From positions 2,144,001-2,208,000 of the forward strand of contig OZ252244.1 of the NCBI GenBank assembly GCA_965249575.1: DNA of 64,000 bases, written 5' to 3'. The first letter of the stretch is position 1, and the number at the start of each line of letters is the position of its first letter. Both the position numbers and the translations under genes were made by a program. This stretch comes from Gemmatimonadales bacterium (GTDB lineage Bacteria > Gemmatimonadota > Gemmatimonadetes > Gemmatimonadales > GWC2-71-9). Below, piece by piece: positions 19,776 through 30,345 of the stretch. The notes beneath the pieces are model-generated. The model saw nothing but the letters and a program-made list of their open reading frames with translations. It was not told where the DNA came from and made no database searches.

Positions 19776-21242
19776 CTAGGGCCGGTTCTCGAACAACACC
19801 AGATGGTCCGCCACCTCATCGATGCCGGTGATGTCTAGATCTCCGTCGTTGTCTCGGTCGTGCAGGATGGCGCAGGAACCGGCGGCGGTTGCGACAAGGG
19901 TTCTCGGATTGACCAGGACGCCCGAGCCGGTGTTTTCATACACAGTCCAGTTCGCCGAACCATAGTTGCTGGCGACGGCGTCGAGGTCCCCGTCTCCGTC
20001 CAGATCTCCGAGGTCGACCGCGACCGGGCGTGAACCGGATGGGTACGAGCCAGCCAGCCGCAGGCCGCCCTGGCCGTCTCCGAGTACCACCGCCACGGTG
20101 TTCTGGGGGATGTTCGACGCCAACACGTCGACATTACCGTCGCCGTCGACGTCACCCGCCGCGATCATCCATGGTCCACCGGCTATATCGATGCTGTGTG
20201 AACGGGTGAACCCGCCCTCACCATCCCCCAGCAGCACGACCAGGTCTTGGCTCCGGAACGCACCAACGAACAGATCGAGCAGTCCGTCGCCGTCTGCGTC
20301 TCCCACCGCGCAGGAGGTCTCCCCATCTCCTCCGGTTTCGAGGGTCGCCACGTTGGAAAAGCTCCCAGAGCCATCGTTTTCGAGGATGGACACGTTCCCC
20401 CCCCCGGCGCCGTCGCGGTTCGCGGTCACGATGTCCGTGTCGCCGTCGCCGTCGATGTCCAGGACGCAAAGACCCCGCACGCTCTGATCCGCCCGGAAAC
20501 TACCGGCATGGTCGAACGCCCCAGCCCCTACGCCACGGTACACGCTGACGAGATCGTTCCCGGCGTTCCCGACAGCGAAATCGATGAGACCGTCACCGTT
20601 GAAGTCGGCACCCTCGTTGGTGCTCGGGGTGTCGCCACCGGGGATCAACAGGCGCACGAAGTCACCGTAATCGCCGCTGCCGTCGTTGAGGAAAACGCGA
20701 ACGTCGTTACTCCGCTCGTTCGGCACCATGAGGTCCGGGTACCCGTCTCGGTTGAAGTCCCCAGCGTAAGCTCCATATGATTGAATGAGTCCCTCACCGC
20801 TCATTCGCACCGTGCGCACCCCGGTATGCGTCAAATCGAGTAAGCCCGCCGCCGCGCGCGCCCGAAAGGTCCAAGAGTGAGCGGTCGAAGCCCCTTCGTT
20901 TCCGTTCCCGGGCAGTCGGGGCATCGAAACTGTGATACGCTCGCCCGCGGCGAAGGGCACCTGCGGAGTGAATCGGAGCTGAGTGTTTCCGACCTCCAAC
21001 ACCGTGCTGCCCGCAATCGGGCCGCTCCAGCGGCCCCAAACATTGAGTGCCGTAGCCTGAAACGCGGACTCGTCCAGGGCGCGGTCGAAACCAATCACGA
21101 TCGAGGCATTCCGGTCGACCGAGGTGGCCCCCGGGCTGGGGGCGACGGAGACCACCGGAGGTCTGCCTAGTCCCGAGCCCGGGGCGGCGGCGTCATTGCA
21201 GGCAATGAGTCCGAGCGCGAGCGCTATTATCGCGCGGCGCAT
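19776..21242 (-). CDS. Lipoprotein with an Ig-like (Big_5-type) domain and FG-GAP/VCBS repeats
   Basis: MRRAIIALALGLIA-C lipobox; repeated DxDGDGxxD motifs (DFNRDGYPD, DFNGDGLID, DIDGDGDTD, DADGDGLLD and others). Confidence 0.88.
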   Translation of the reverse strand: MRRAIIALALGLIACNDAAAPGSGLGRPPVVSVAPSPGATSVDRNASIVIGFDRALDESAFQATALNVWGRWSGPIAGSTVLEVGNTQLRFTPQVPFAAGERITVSMPRLPGNGNEGASTAHSWTFRARAAAGLLDLTHTGVRTVRMSGEGLIQSYGAYAGDFNRDGYPDLMVPNERSNDVRVFLNDGSGDYGDFVRLLIPGGDTPSTNEGADFNGDGLIDFAVGNAGNDLVSVYRGVGAGAFDHAGSFRADQSVRGLCVLDIDGDGDTDIVTANRDGAGGGNVSILENDGSGSFSNVATLETGGDGETSCAVGDADGDGLLDLFVGAFRSQDLVVLLGDGEGGFTRSHSIDIAGGPWMIAAGDVDGDGNVDVLASNIPQNTVAVVLGDGQGGLRLAGSYPSGSRPVAVDLGDLDGDGDLDAVASNYGSANWTVYENTGSGVLVNPRTLVATAAGSCAILHDRDNDGDLDITGIDEVADHLVLFENRP

Positions 21243-21512
21243 GCGACCCAGGGAATCGAGCTGCGCATTTGGTATCGCGGTCCTCTGGTTGAATCCAGGG
21301 AGCTCGTGCCGCTCGCCCCGATCCGGAACTAAGTAGGCAACCGGCGATTGTTCAACGCCGACGAGCGGCGATGCTACGTGCGCCCGGCTACATTCGGGAA
21401 CGTGGCTCCCTGCGCGCGTGGGTATCGAAGCCAATTTCGTCCGCGACACGGCTGGCGCCTCGTTGTACCCCATTCCAAGGTTCGGGTCGGTGCGTATTTC
21501 AGCGGAAAGCCG

Positions 21513-21959
21513 ATGGTGAGCGAGGAGGCGGGCGGCAGAACCGGGTCGCCGGACACCCACCATTTGTTCGTTTACGGAACCCTGCGTGAGGCCGCGCGCC
21601 ACCCGATGCATGCAGAGCTTCGCCGCGATGCGTCCCTACTCGGTCGCGGGCTGTTTCATGGACTCTTGTTCGACCTTGGTCATTACCCTGGGGCAGTGCA
21701 TTCCAGTGCCACTGAGAATACTGTGACCGGGGAGGTGTACGCCCTGCAGCAGAGGCGATCGGGAGCCGTATTCGAAGCGCTCGATGCGTACGAGGGATGT
21801 CACGTGGAGAACCGCAAGGCTCAGTTCCGCAGGGAAATCGTCACTGTGAGCCTCGTGGATGGGCGCTCGATCCAGGCATGGGTTTATCTGTACACCGGCC
21901 TCATTCGAGGCCAGCCGATCCCCGGGGGTGACTACATACGCTATAAAGGGCTCGCATGA
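21513..21959 (+). CDS. Gamma-glutamylcyclotransferase (AIG2-like) family protein
   Basis: LFVYGTLR, YPGAV, VTGEVY, LDAYEG, AWVYLY, IPGGDY. Confidence 0.88.
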   Translation: MVSEEAGGRTGSPDTHHLFVYGTLREAARHPMHAELRRDASLLGRGLFHGLLFDLGHYPGAVHSSATENTVTGEVYALQQRRSGAVFEALDAYEGCHVENRKAQFRREIVTVSLVDGRSIQAWVYLYTGLIRGQPIPGGDYIRYKGLA

Positions 21960-22123
21960 ACGGACGATCGGACTCGCTGGACATCGCAAGGGGAGCCCGA
22001 TTCCAGCCGCCGAGCCTCAGCGGTGACGGACTGGGCGCGCGCACGCCGCCAGTTCCCCTCGCTCGAGCGCCTTACGTATCTCGACCCGCGCAGTCGATGA
22101 TCGGGTCGGGCGGAGAAGCCTAC

Positions 22124-23173
22124 CTAGGCCGCTGTCGCGCCCCCGCAGCTCGACCCAGCCCCAGCAGTGCATCCGAAGCAGTGCGGCGCGGTAGAGATGC
22201 GCCGGCGGTTGAGTTTCTCGAGATCGAAGTCGAATATCGTTCGCGGGGCGTCTCGCGAGACCTCCAGTTCGAGCATCTGGTTGAAGTCGCAGTCGAAGAG
22301 CCTGCCGTCCCACGAGACTGACAACGTGTTGCGGCACATCACTCCGGAAGCCGCAACCGGGTTGAAGGCGTTCACGAGCCGCTCCATGTATCCCTCGAGG
22401 TTCCCCGTCTCGATGAGCCAATCGAGAAAACGGGAGATTGGCATGTTGGTGATCGTATACAGCCGATTGAACTCGATGCCGTGCCGGTGCCGGAGTTCCC
22501 GTTTCCAGTCCCGCTCCGTCGCCTCCTGGTTGGCCGGCAGGTACGCTCCGACCGGGTTCGTTACGAGATTCAGGATCAATCCGGTTCCATCACGGCCATA
22601 TCCGAGCTCGTTCAGTTTATGGAGGGCTTGGATGGATTCCTCGTAGACTCCCTCTCCGCGCTGCGCATCCGTCCGTTTCCCGCTGAAATGCGGCAGCGAA
22701 CAGATGACCTCGACCCTGTGCTGGGCAAAGAACTCCGGAAGATCGCTGTAGTTGGGAAGCAGGAGCACGGTCAGGTTGCATCTGTCCATCACGTGCCGAT
22801 CGAGGCTCGTTGCCCGCTCCACGATCTCCCGGTAGTCAGGATGCAGCTCGGGTGCTCCGCCGGTGATGTCCAGTGTGGGGATATTTGTCGCCGCCAGCGT
22901 CTCGAGGCAGCGGTCCAGCACGCGGCGGGGCATCACCTCGGTTCGATCGGGGCCGGCGTCTACGTGACAGTGACGGCACGTCTGGTTGCACTTCTTCCCG
23001 ACATTTATTTGGAGAATCTCGATCCCAGTTGGCCGAAGTGGGGAGAGGCCGGCCCGGTCCATCAGATCGTCGAACCCATACTGCTGCGGAACGCCCGCCA
23101 GTCGTCTGAGCTGCTGCTCACCGTTCGCCAGCGGGTCGTGCCGCTTGTTGAGCGTCGGAAGAATGCGGCCCAT
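22124..23173 (-). CDS. arsS: ArsS-family radical SAM protein (arsenosugar-biosynthesis type, DUF3641 C-terminus)
   Basis: QINVGKKCNQTCRHCHVDAGP, DITGGAPE, MCRNTLSVSWDG.LFDCDFNQ, HCFGCTAGAGSSCGG. Confidence 0.85.
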   Translation of the reverse strand: MGRILPTLNKRHDPLANGEQQLRRLAGVPQQYGFDDLMDRAGLSPLRPTGIEILQINVGKKCNQTCRHCHVDAGPDRTEVMPRRVLDRCLETLAATNIPTLDITGGAPELHPDYREIVERATSLDRHVMDRCNLTVLLLPNYSDLPEFFAQHRVEVICSLPHFSGKRTDAQRGEGVYEESIQALHKLNELGYGRDGTGLILNLVTNPVGAYLPANQEATERDWKRELRHRHGIEFNRLYTITNMPISRFLDWLIETGNLEGYMERLVNAFNPVAASGVMCRNTLSVSWDGRLFDCDFNQMLELEVSRDAPRTIFDFDLEKLNRRRISTAPHCFGCTAGAGSSCGGATAA

Positions 23174-23174
23174 G

Positions 23175-23528
23175 CTACATCCCCAGTTGCTGAACCTTGT
23201 TGCGCATTTGCAGCCCGTGGACGAGGGACGCTCCACCACGAATCGCTGCCGCCACGTGTACCGCTTCGGTCATCTGCTCGGGGTCAGAACCCTTCTCGAG
23301 GCATTCCTGTGAATATGCGTCGATACAGTAGGGACACTGCACCGCATGGGCCACCGCTAGGGCGATCAGTGCCTTTTCCCGCTCGCTGAGGGCCCCTTCG
23401 TCGAAAACCGCTCCGTACCAGGCGTTGAACTTCTCCCAGAGCCGCGGTACGTCTTCACCTATCTCGCTAAAGCGAGGCAAGTCGTGCGCGTTGTAGTAGT
23501 GATCCATACCGGCCTTGTCGGATTCCAT
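23175..23528 (-). CDS. AhpD/CMD-like peroxidase-like protein associated with arsS
   Basis: GALSEREKALIALAVAHAVQCPYCIDAY..AIRGGASLVHGLQM; 1 bp upstream of arsS. Confidence 0.85.
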   Translation of the reverse strand: MESDKAGMDHYYNAHDLPRFSEIGEDVPRLWEKFNAWYGAVFDEGALSEREKALIALAVAHAVQCPYCIDAYSQECLEKGSDPEQMTEAVHVAAAIRGGASLVHGLQMRNKVQQLGM

Positions 23529-23599
23529 CGCCAATCGCTCCTCCTGATAACGCCGAGAACGCGACCTGCGTTCCCGGCCCGGTCAGGACCACGGGTTCG

Positions 23600-24313
23600 T
23601 TAGGGGTTGGTGGGGCGGATGTCGAGCTCCGAAACCAGGGCCCGCTCGGGCAGCTCGAGGGCCGAGATCACGCTTGAGGCGACGTCCTCGGGCTGGAGGA
23701 CACGATCCGCGTTGTCGAGCGCCGCACCAGCCTTCCCGAAAAACGGTGTCTCCACCGAACCGGGGCACACGGCGATCACTCGGATGTTCTGTTTTCGCAC
23801 TTCCATCATCAGGGACCTGGAAAAGCCAAGCACGGCGTGCTTGGAGGCCGTGTATGCCGTCCCACCCACGAGACCGGTCCTGCCGGCGAGGCTTGCGATG
23901 TTGACGATGTGACCCTTTCCCGCCTCGAGCATCGAGGGGAGGAATGCCTTGGTCATGAGAAAAATGCCTCGCACGTTGGTGCCCATCGTCTCGTCAAACT
24001 GCTCAACGGTCAACTCGGCGAGTGGTCCGAAGTGGCCCATGCCGGCGTTGTTCACGAGGACGTCCGGGGTTCCGAGCTCGCTGAGAACGCGCTCTGCAAA
24101 ACTCGAAACGCCCCGTTGGTCAGAAACGTCGCAGGACCCGCCCATTGCAGTGACGCCGGCGCTCTCGAGGTGCCCGACGAGATCATTGACGCGATCGGCG
24201 GTACGTGCGCAGACAGCCACGCGGGCTCCCCGGGCACCTAACGCGAGCGCGATCGCCCGCCCGATCCCTTCAGTGGCCCCGGTGACGACACATCGGGCTC
24301 GGTCCAGGTTCAT
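23600..24313 (-). CDS. SDR family oxidoreductase
   Basis: VTGATEGIG, VNNAG, NIAS, YTASK, CPGSVET. Confidence 0.9.
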   Translation of the reverse strand: MNLDRARCVVTGATEGIGRAIALALGARGARVAVCARTADRVNDLVGHLESAGVTAMGGSCDVSDQRGVSSFAERVLSELGTPDVLVNNAGMGHFGPLAELTVEQFDETMGTNVRGIFLMTKAFLPSMLEAGKGHIVNIASLAGRTGLVGGTAYTASKHAVLGFSRSLMMEVRKQNIRVIAVCPGSVETPFFGKAGAALDNADRVLQPEDVASSVISALELPERALVSELDIRPTNP

Positions 24314-24398
24314 CAAAGGGAATCTAACGGATGGTTGGAAGCGAGCCGCGTTCGCACACGGGTCGCCGAATGTAGCGTTTGGAGGCTGGTGACTGCTG

Positions 24399-25679
24399 TT
24401 ACGACCTCGCTGGCGATCCCATGACGCCGGTCCAACGTGATGCGTCAGATTGGAAGCCCGGAAAGACGGCCCCAAGGTTCGTTGCACCGAGGTGCCGAAC
24501 CAGAACCTCGCTGAAGAGATCACGAAAATCTGTTGTGACGGCGAGGTCGCGCCCCTCGAAACGAGCTGCCGGCGCCAGGGTTGGCCAATCTCCGAGCACC
24601 CGGCCGCCCCAGGTGTCTCCCCCCAGCACGAGCATGGCCGTGGCTCGGCCATGGTCAGTTCCCCGGCTTCCGTTTTCCGCAATCGTGCGTCCGACCTCGC
24701 TCATCGTCAGTACGGTGACATCCGAGAGCCGTTCTCCGAGGTCACGGGCGAAGGCCGCGAGGGTTCGTCCCAAATCGGTGAGCCGAGCGGCCAGTTGGCC
24801 TCGCGCAGCCCCCTGGTTGACGTGCGTGTCCCAACCTCCCACGTCCGCAAACGCGATCTCGACTCCGAGATCGGCCTTGATGAGCTGCGCGATCTGCCGC
24901 ATCGCCGTTCCAAAACGGCTTGCCGGATAGCTAGCCTGGCTCGCCGGGCTATAGCGGCCCCGGTCGATCGTCCGGAGCTGGCGCACGGCTTCGAATCCTT
25001 CCCGAGAAGACGTCGCCACGAGACCGGTAGCAGATCCACGATAGAGATCTTCAAAGGCGCTCGAAACACGGTCCCGAGCGCCCGGCGGGCCGTGCAGTCC
25101 GAACGTCTGGAGATCGTCGATGGCAAGGGCCGGAGCGGCGTCCCGAAGCACGCGCGGCAGCTAACCGTCCATCGCCACCCCTCGGAATGGTGTGTCGCGA
25201 TGCTCGGAGGAGTGGATATACCGATTGAGCCAACCATCCTGCGTGGACTTCACGCCGGGGGTGTCGCTTTCCATGTAGTCCTGCGCGTCAAAGTGGCTGC
25301 GGGTCGGTTCCGGCGAGCCGACTGCGTGTACGACAGCCAAGGCGCCAGATGCGTACAGGGGGTGAAGCGGTGCCAGGGAGGGATGGAGCCCGAAGTGGCC
25401 GTCCAGATCGACGACCCCGTCGCTCCTGCCCGGTGGCTCCAATGCGATTCGCGGCCGCTCGGAGGTATAGAACGGATCGCCATGGGGGACGACCATGCTG
25501 AGTCCATCGACGGCGCCCCGTTGGAACACGCACACGAGGGTCTTGCGCCGCCCTTGTCCCGAGCTCCGCTCGGCTGCGTATGCAGCCCGGGTCAGAAAGA
25601 TCGGATCGATGCCAAAGCTCACCAGTGCAAGCCCGCTCGCCCTGACGAAGAAGCGTCTATCTACGCTTTGTGCGTTCAT
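24399..25679 (-). pseudogene. DUF1501 exported protein (Tat-like leader) interrupted by an in-frame TAG at 25161-25163
   Basis: DRRFFV leader, FQRGAVDGL, RSHFDAQ, GWLNR, then GVAMDG*LPRVLRD in the same frame, GGWDTH, SEVGRT..GTDHG. Confidence 0.85.
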
Positions 25680-25690
25680 GATCTGTACTC

Positions 25691-27415
25691 CTACTGCCGC
25701 TGAAATTCGGGACTTCCCAGAGCCAGGCCAAGCGCGACCGCTTGGGACTCCGACGGCCTGGTCACCGTCCCGAGCTGTTCTTTCATGATACGGAGAGTGT
25801 TGGCTGTCGCCTTCCCGCCGAGGACCGCCTGATTGACGGTGGCGATGAGTCGGTCGGGGTCCTCTGCGATTGGCGGCCGAGGCTCGCGCCACCTCACGCC
25901 GGGCAGGCGGCCAGCGGCCAACGCAACCGCCACATTGAGGCGGTCGAGCACCGCGCCAGCGCTGATCCAGGATTCCTGGGTTTCGGGATAGCCGGTCGGC
26001 GGCTGGTGGAGGAAGAGTGGTTGTCCGAGGCGGCCAATCACTTGAGCCAGCCTGAGCGTGGTATCGGGCTCCGCATGTGTCGCCCGCAGCGCGCTCGCGA
26101 CGAACTCGAGCGGGGTCTTTGTCTTGGAGTCACGATGCTCTGGCGAGTGAAACTCGGGGGCCAGAACGATCGCGCGCACGATCGCGCGGATCTCCCCCCC
26201 GCTCCTGCGCCACGCCTCGACCGCCGCATCGATACACCATCGTGGGGCTTGATCGCTCACGAATCGTTGGCAGAGCTTTCCACTCACGTGGCGTAGGGTC
26301 GACGGGTGGCCGGCTAGGAACCGTAGGAGTTCGAGGCCCTCGTCCATGCCGCGGCCCGCTGCGAACCGCCGGTCGAGGACGGTCTTCTCGCCACCGTCGT
26401 GCGCCCACACGTTGAAAACGAAGTTCGCACCCTGCTGCGGCGGGGACACGCTCCACCCCGTGAGGATTCGCGCGACCTCTACGACGTCCTGCTGACCGTA
26501 CCCTCCGTCGACGCCGATCGTGTGAAGCTCGAGGAGCTCTCGTGCGTAGTTCTCGTTGAGACCGCGCGGCCGCCGTTCCTCAGCGCGTTGGAGCATCGAG
26601 TCGATCCGCGCGCGGGATGGTCCCCGGCCGAAAGGGATTCGCCGCGCGCGCCGGCGTGCCATCACCTGTCGCGCACGGGCGAGCTGGGGCGGCTCGCTTC
26701 CGGGTCGGACTGACTCGGCATTGTCGAGATAGACCAGCATGGCCGGGCTGGTTGCCGTCGCGATCAGGAGATCCTCGAACGTCCCGATGGCCCGCGGCCG
26801 GACGACCTGCTCGATGTAGGAAGGCGTGAGGAACCGGCCGGCCCCCTTCGCCAAGAAGACGTTGAAGTGGTTCGTCCAGAAGTCCACCATGATCTCATAC
26901 AGCTGACGCTCGGAGAGAACGGCGCGGACGACCGTCGCCTGCTGTAACTGACCGATAAGCTGGCGCATCCGGCTGTTGGGGGCTCTGCCACGGCGCCGCG
27001 CTCCTGGCTCCCCGCTATCCATCGCGCGACCGGAGGGGTGCGAATCTGTCGCGGTGCGCGGGCGCTCCCTCCGCGCCTGGGCCTCCGCGCGAAAGATCAG
27101 CGCGAGCTCGCCGCGCGACATCCGCAATACCTCGAAGCGGTCGAGTCGTTCGGCGAGGCCGGGATCCGGCAGGGTCTCCGGCCCGAGTTGCTCTGCGACG
27201 AACTGTTCGATCCCCAGGTGGGCGACACGGTCGACGTCACCTGGGCGGGGTCCATAGGTGATCCGACTGAGTACGTGGGCGGCCCGCGCTCGAGTTTCGG
27301 AGTCCGCCGTGGCGGTCTGGACGAGACCCTGTGCGGCGGATGCGTGCAAGAACGCTACGCCGGCTAGAAGGAGCACGGTGGCAATGGGTAGCTGACTGGT
27401 CGTCTCGACCTTCAC
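25691..27415 (-). CDS. DUF1800 family protein
   Basis: LSRITYGPRPG, DFWTNHF, SPAMLVYLDN, NENYARELLELHTIG, KTPLEF, PPTGY, SPEFQRQ; usual DUF1501 partner. Confidence 0.92.
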   Translation of the reverse strand: MKVETTSQLPIATVLLLAGVAFLHASAAQGLVQTATADSETRARAAHVLSRITYGPRPGDVDRVAHLGIEQFVAEQLGPETLPDPGLAERLDRFEVLRMSRGELALIFRAEAQARRERPRTATDSHPSGRAMDSGEPGARRRGRAPNSRMRQLIGQLQQATVVRAVLSERQLYEIMVDFWTNHFNVFLAKGAGRFLTPSYIEQVVRPRAIGTFEDLLIATATSPAMLVYLDNAESVRPGSEPPQLARARQVMARRRARRIPFGRGPSRARIDSMLQRAEERRPRGLNENYARELLELHTIGVDGGYGQQDVVEVARILTGWSVSPPQQGANFVFNVWAHDGGEKTVLDRRFAAGRGMDEGLELLRFLAGHPSTLRHVSGKLCQRFVSDQAPRWCIDAAVEAWRRSGGEIRAIVRAIVLAPEFHSPEHRDSKTKTPLEFVASALRATHAEPDTTLRLAQVIGRLGQPLFLHQPPTGYPETQESWISAGAVLDRLNVAVALAAGRLPGVRWREPRPPIAEDPDRLIATVNQAVLGGKATANTLRIMKEQLGTVTRPSESQAVALGLALGSPEFQRQ

Positions 27416-27504
27416 GGGGCTGATCCCTCCTTGCTGCGCGATCGCGGTCCGCGAACCGCTCTCAGTCTCAGACGCTCTGGTAACCCCCGTGTTAACTTGC
27501 GCGC

Positions 27505-29400
27505 GTGACGACCCCGTTCATCCCGCATGGCATACCGCGCCGGCCGCGCAGCGCCGCTTCCCCTTCGCCGCCGTCCACCTGGCGCGAGCGGCTGGAAGCG
27601 CTCCGGTACATTCTGCCGCTCCTCCGCATGGTCTACGAGACCCACCGGCGATATACAGCGGGAATCGTGGTGCTGCGGGTCCTGCGGAGCTTCGTGCCGC
27701 TCGCGGTGTTGTGGGTCGGCAAGCTGATCATCGATGGCGTATTGCTGGCGATGCAGGACGCCGGAGCCGGGCGGCCCGTGGCCTGGGGCGCACTCGCGCT
27801 GCTGGTGACGGCCGAGCTGGCGATCGCGGTGACCGGGGAGGGTCTGGCGAGGGCGTCGTCACTACTGGAGAGCCTCCTGGGGGATCTGTTTTCCAACCGG
27901 GTGTCGGTGCGGCTCATGAAACACGCCGCCACGCTCGACATGACGCAGTTCGAGAACCCCGACACCTACGATCATCTGGAACGAGCGCGGCGGCAGACCG
28001 TTGGGCGAATCGGGCTCCTGGGCGTCGCGCTGACCACGGCGCAGGACGCGATCACGCTCGTAACGTTGGTCGGGGCGCTGACGGTCTACGTACCGTGGCT
28101 TATGCTCCTGCTCGCGATCGCCGTGGTGCCCTCGTTCCTCGGAGAAACGCACTTCGCGGCACTGGGTTACTCGTTGCTCTACCAGTGGACGCCGGAGCGG
28201 CGGCTGCTCGACTATCTTCGCTGGGTGGGCGCGAGCGACACGACGGTCAAGGAAGTCAAGTTGTTCGGGCTCTCACCGTTTCTGGTGCAACGCTATGATA
28301 CCCTCGCCGGGGACTTCTACCAGGCCAACAAGAGGCTATCGACGAAACGGGCGGCGGTATCGACGATCCTCGCAGTCGTGGGATCGGTTGGGTATTACGG
28401 CGCCTACGGGGTCATCATCTACCTGACGGTGACCGGGTACGAGTCGCCCGCGGGGCTCTTCACGATCGGTGTGCTGACCTTCTTGGCGGGCTCGTTCAGG
28501 CAGAGCCGGGACCTCATTCAGCGGATTCTACTGTCGCTGGCACAGATGTACGAACAGAGCCTCTACCTGCGCGACCTGTTTGCATTCTTCGAGCTACGAC
28601 CCCGCATCGCCTCGAAACCCGAGGCCGTGACGGTGCCCAATCCGCTTCGATCAGGGTTCGCCTTCGAGGACGTGAGCTTTCGGTACCCCGGCTCGAGCGA
28701 GTGGGCGGTTCGCAACCTCCAGTTCTCGATTCATCCAAGCGAGTCGATCGCCCTGGTTGGGGAGAACGGGGCGGGTAAGACAACGTTGGTCAAGTTGCTC
28801 GCGAGGCTCTATGACCCGGACGAAGGAAGGGTTCTTCTGGAGGGTGTCGACCTCAAGGATTATGACGTCGAAAGCCTGCGAGCGAACATCGGGGTCATTT
28901 TTCAAGATTACGTCAAGTATGACCTGATGCTCCGCGAGAACATCGGTGTCGGCCAGGTGGAACGCATCGAAGACCTGGAATCGATTCGGCACGCGGCGGA
29001 GCGCGGATTGGCCGATCAGGTGGTCAGGCGGGCCGCCGCAGGCTTCGATCAGCAGTTGGGCCGCCGTTTCGAGGGTGGCATTGAGCTGTCGGGGGGTGAG
29101 TGGCAAAAGGTGGCGCTCGCGCGGGCGTACATGCGCGATGCGCAGGTAGTCATCCTGGATGAGCCCACGGCTGCCCTGGATGCTCGGGCGGAATATCAGG
29201 TGTTCGCGAGGTTCACCGGGCTGACCCGCGGGCGCGTCGCGGTGATCATCTCGCATCGGTTCTCGACCGTTCGGATGGCGGACCGGATTCTGGTGCTGAA
29301 AGCGGGCCAGCTGATCGAGGAGGGTACCCACGACACGCTCGTCCGACACGGCGGGCTGTACGCGGATCTCTTCAACATGCAGGCGGCGGGATATCGTTAG
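27505..29400 (+). CDS. ABC exporter, fused permease/ATPase
   Basis: TM domain; Walker A GENGAGKTT, LSGGEWQ, ILDEPT, SHR. Confidence 0.93.
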   Translation: MTTPFIPHGIPRRPRSAASPSPPSTWRERLEALRYILPLLRMVYETHRRYTAGIVVLRVLRSFVPLAVLWVGKLIIDGVLLAMQDAGAGRPVAWGALALLVTAELAIAVTGEGLARASSLLESLLGDLFSNRVSVRLMKHAATLDMTQFENPDTYDHLERARRQTVGRIGLLGVALTTAQDAITLVTLVGALTVYVPWLMLLLAIAVVPSFLGETHFAALGYSLLYQWTPERRLLDYLRWVGASDTTVKEVKLFGLSPFLVQRYDTLAGDFYQANKRLSTKRAAVSTILAVVGSVGYYGAYGVIIYLTVTGYESPAGLFTIGVLTFLAGSFRQSRDLIQRILLSLAQMYEQSLYLRDLFAFFELRPRIASKPEAVTVPNPLRSGFAFEDVSFRYPGSSEWAVRNLQFSIHPSESIALVGENGAGKTTLVKLLARLYDPDEGRVLLEGVDLKDYDVESLRANIGVIFQDYVKYDLMLRENIGVGQVERIEDLESIRHAAERGLADQVVRRAAAGFDQQLGRRFEGGIELSGGEWQKVALARAYMRDAQVVILDEPTAALDARAEYQVFARFTGLTRGRVAVIISHRFSTVRMADRILVLKAGQLIEEGTHDTLVRHGGLYADLFNMQAAGYR

Positions 29401-29531
29401 GCAGACACGTCGGAGTCGTCTTGCAGTGGCCGGTCCAAATCACTAACGTCAATAACTGGTTGGAGTTGCGCGGACGAGCGAGGGAATGCGCAGCCCGCGA
29501 AATGCGTTAACGTGTTCAGCAGAGGCTCCAC

Positions 29532-30203
29532 ATGGATGTCACGCAGACATTTCTCATACTTGCTGCCGGACTGATGGTCGGAGCCTGCGAAAGTGAGCAG
29601 GTCGGCTCGCCGCTGTCACCGAACTCGAGCGCATCCCCAGCCGATGCCGAGCTGCAGCTTGCTACGTCGGTGGCTGGCGCTGCTAGCGAGGAGATGCAAG
29701 CTCGGGGAGGTCAGCCGAGCGGCCTGGTACGCAGAATGGTCGCGGCGGTTGAGGAACGGGGCGACGACGAGGCCCGCGCACTTTTGGCACGCGCCGCCGA
29801 GCTCCGGTCGGCCGCCAGGGAGGAGCAGGATCGCCAGAAGGCGCGGCAGGCGCAGAATCTCGTGCTTCTCGCGGTAGTGAAAACCTTCCCCAACGCCCCG
29901 GCGCGGGTCGGCGGCATCGTTGAGTCCACGCTCCGGCGGATTCGCGCGCACGTTGCCGACAGGCGGATCCCCGACCGGATCCGGGAGGTCTTGCGGCGGG
30001 TCGTGCGATTCCACAATGCGGCGAACGATGCACTCGCGAAGCTGGATGAAGGGGGGACGGACATCTCTCCCGACCGATTGCGCGTCCGCGCCCTCCGATT
30101 CAACCTGCGGGCTGCGATGATTCTCGAGCGTTTCGTCGATCATGTGAAGAAGCAGGACGCCGGCGCCGGCGGAGGCGATCCGGCGCGCCCGACAGCTCGG
30201 TAG
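29532..30203 (+). CDS. Hypothetical helical lipoprotein
   Basis: LILAAGLMVGA-C lipobox; Ala/Arg-rich helical body. Confidence 0.55.
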   Translation: MDVTQTFLILAAGLMVGACESEQVGSPLSPNSSASPADAELQLATSVAGAASEEMQARGGQPSGLVRRMVAAVEERGDDEARALLARAAELRSAAREEQDRQKARQAQNLVLLAVVKTFPNAPARVGGIVESTLRRIRAHVADRRIPDRIREVLRRVVRFHNAANDALAKLDEGGTDISPDRLRVRALRFNLRAAMILERFVDHVKKQDAGAGGGDPARPTAR

Positions 30204-30288
30204 CACCTCATTGGTCCGGGGCTCGCTCCAGAGCCTCGCGTGACCGGCAACGACGATTCCCCTCCTCCCGCGTCGAGGCCCGTGCCGT

Positions 30289-30317
30289 TTGACAGGTGAG
30301 GCCCCTTTCACCATGTT
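30289..30317 (+). promoter_or_regulatory. Sigma70-like promoter TTGACA-N17-CATGTT for the EF-G paralog
   Basis: Perfect -35 at 30289-30294, 17-bp spacer, weak -10. Confidence 0.45.
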
Positions 30318-30318
30318 C

Positions 30319-30344
30319 CCTCCCCGCCGAATGGGAGGTTTTTT
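30319..30344 (+). terminator. Intrinsic-terminator-like hairpin whose 3' arm is the RBS of the EF-G paralog
   Basis: CCTCCC-cgccgaat-GGGAGG-TTTTTT, then C-GTG at 30346. Confidence 0.55.
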
Positions 30345-30345
30345 C

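Noticed and set aside
18662..19819. 385-aa antisense ORF, and similar long ORFs at 24450-25703, 38686-39948, 48213-49292 and 49811-50791
   Set aside because: These are shadows of well-supported genes on the opposite strand in high-GC DNA, with no recognisable motifs.
11296..23173. Additional selenoproteins among the DUF3179 and ArsS genes
   Set aside because: The relevant positions are Cys codons, and I saw no in-frame UGA in these genes.
25161..25163. Pyrrolysine or recoded amber codon
   Set aside because: No pyl genes or methylamine methyltransferase context; TAG is a normal stop for gpmA, arsS and gyrA here.
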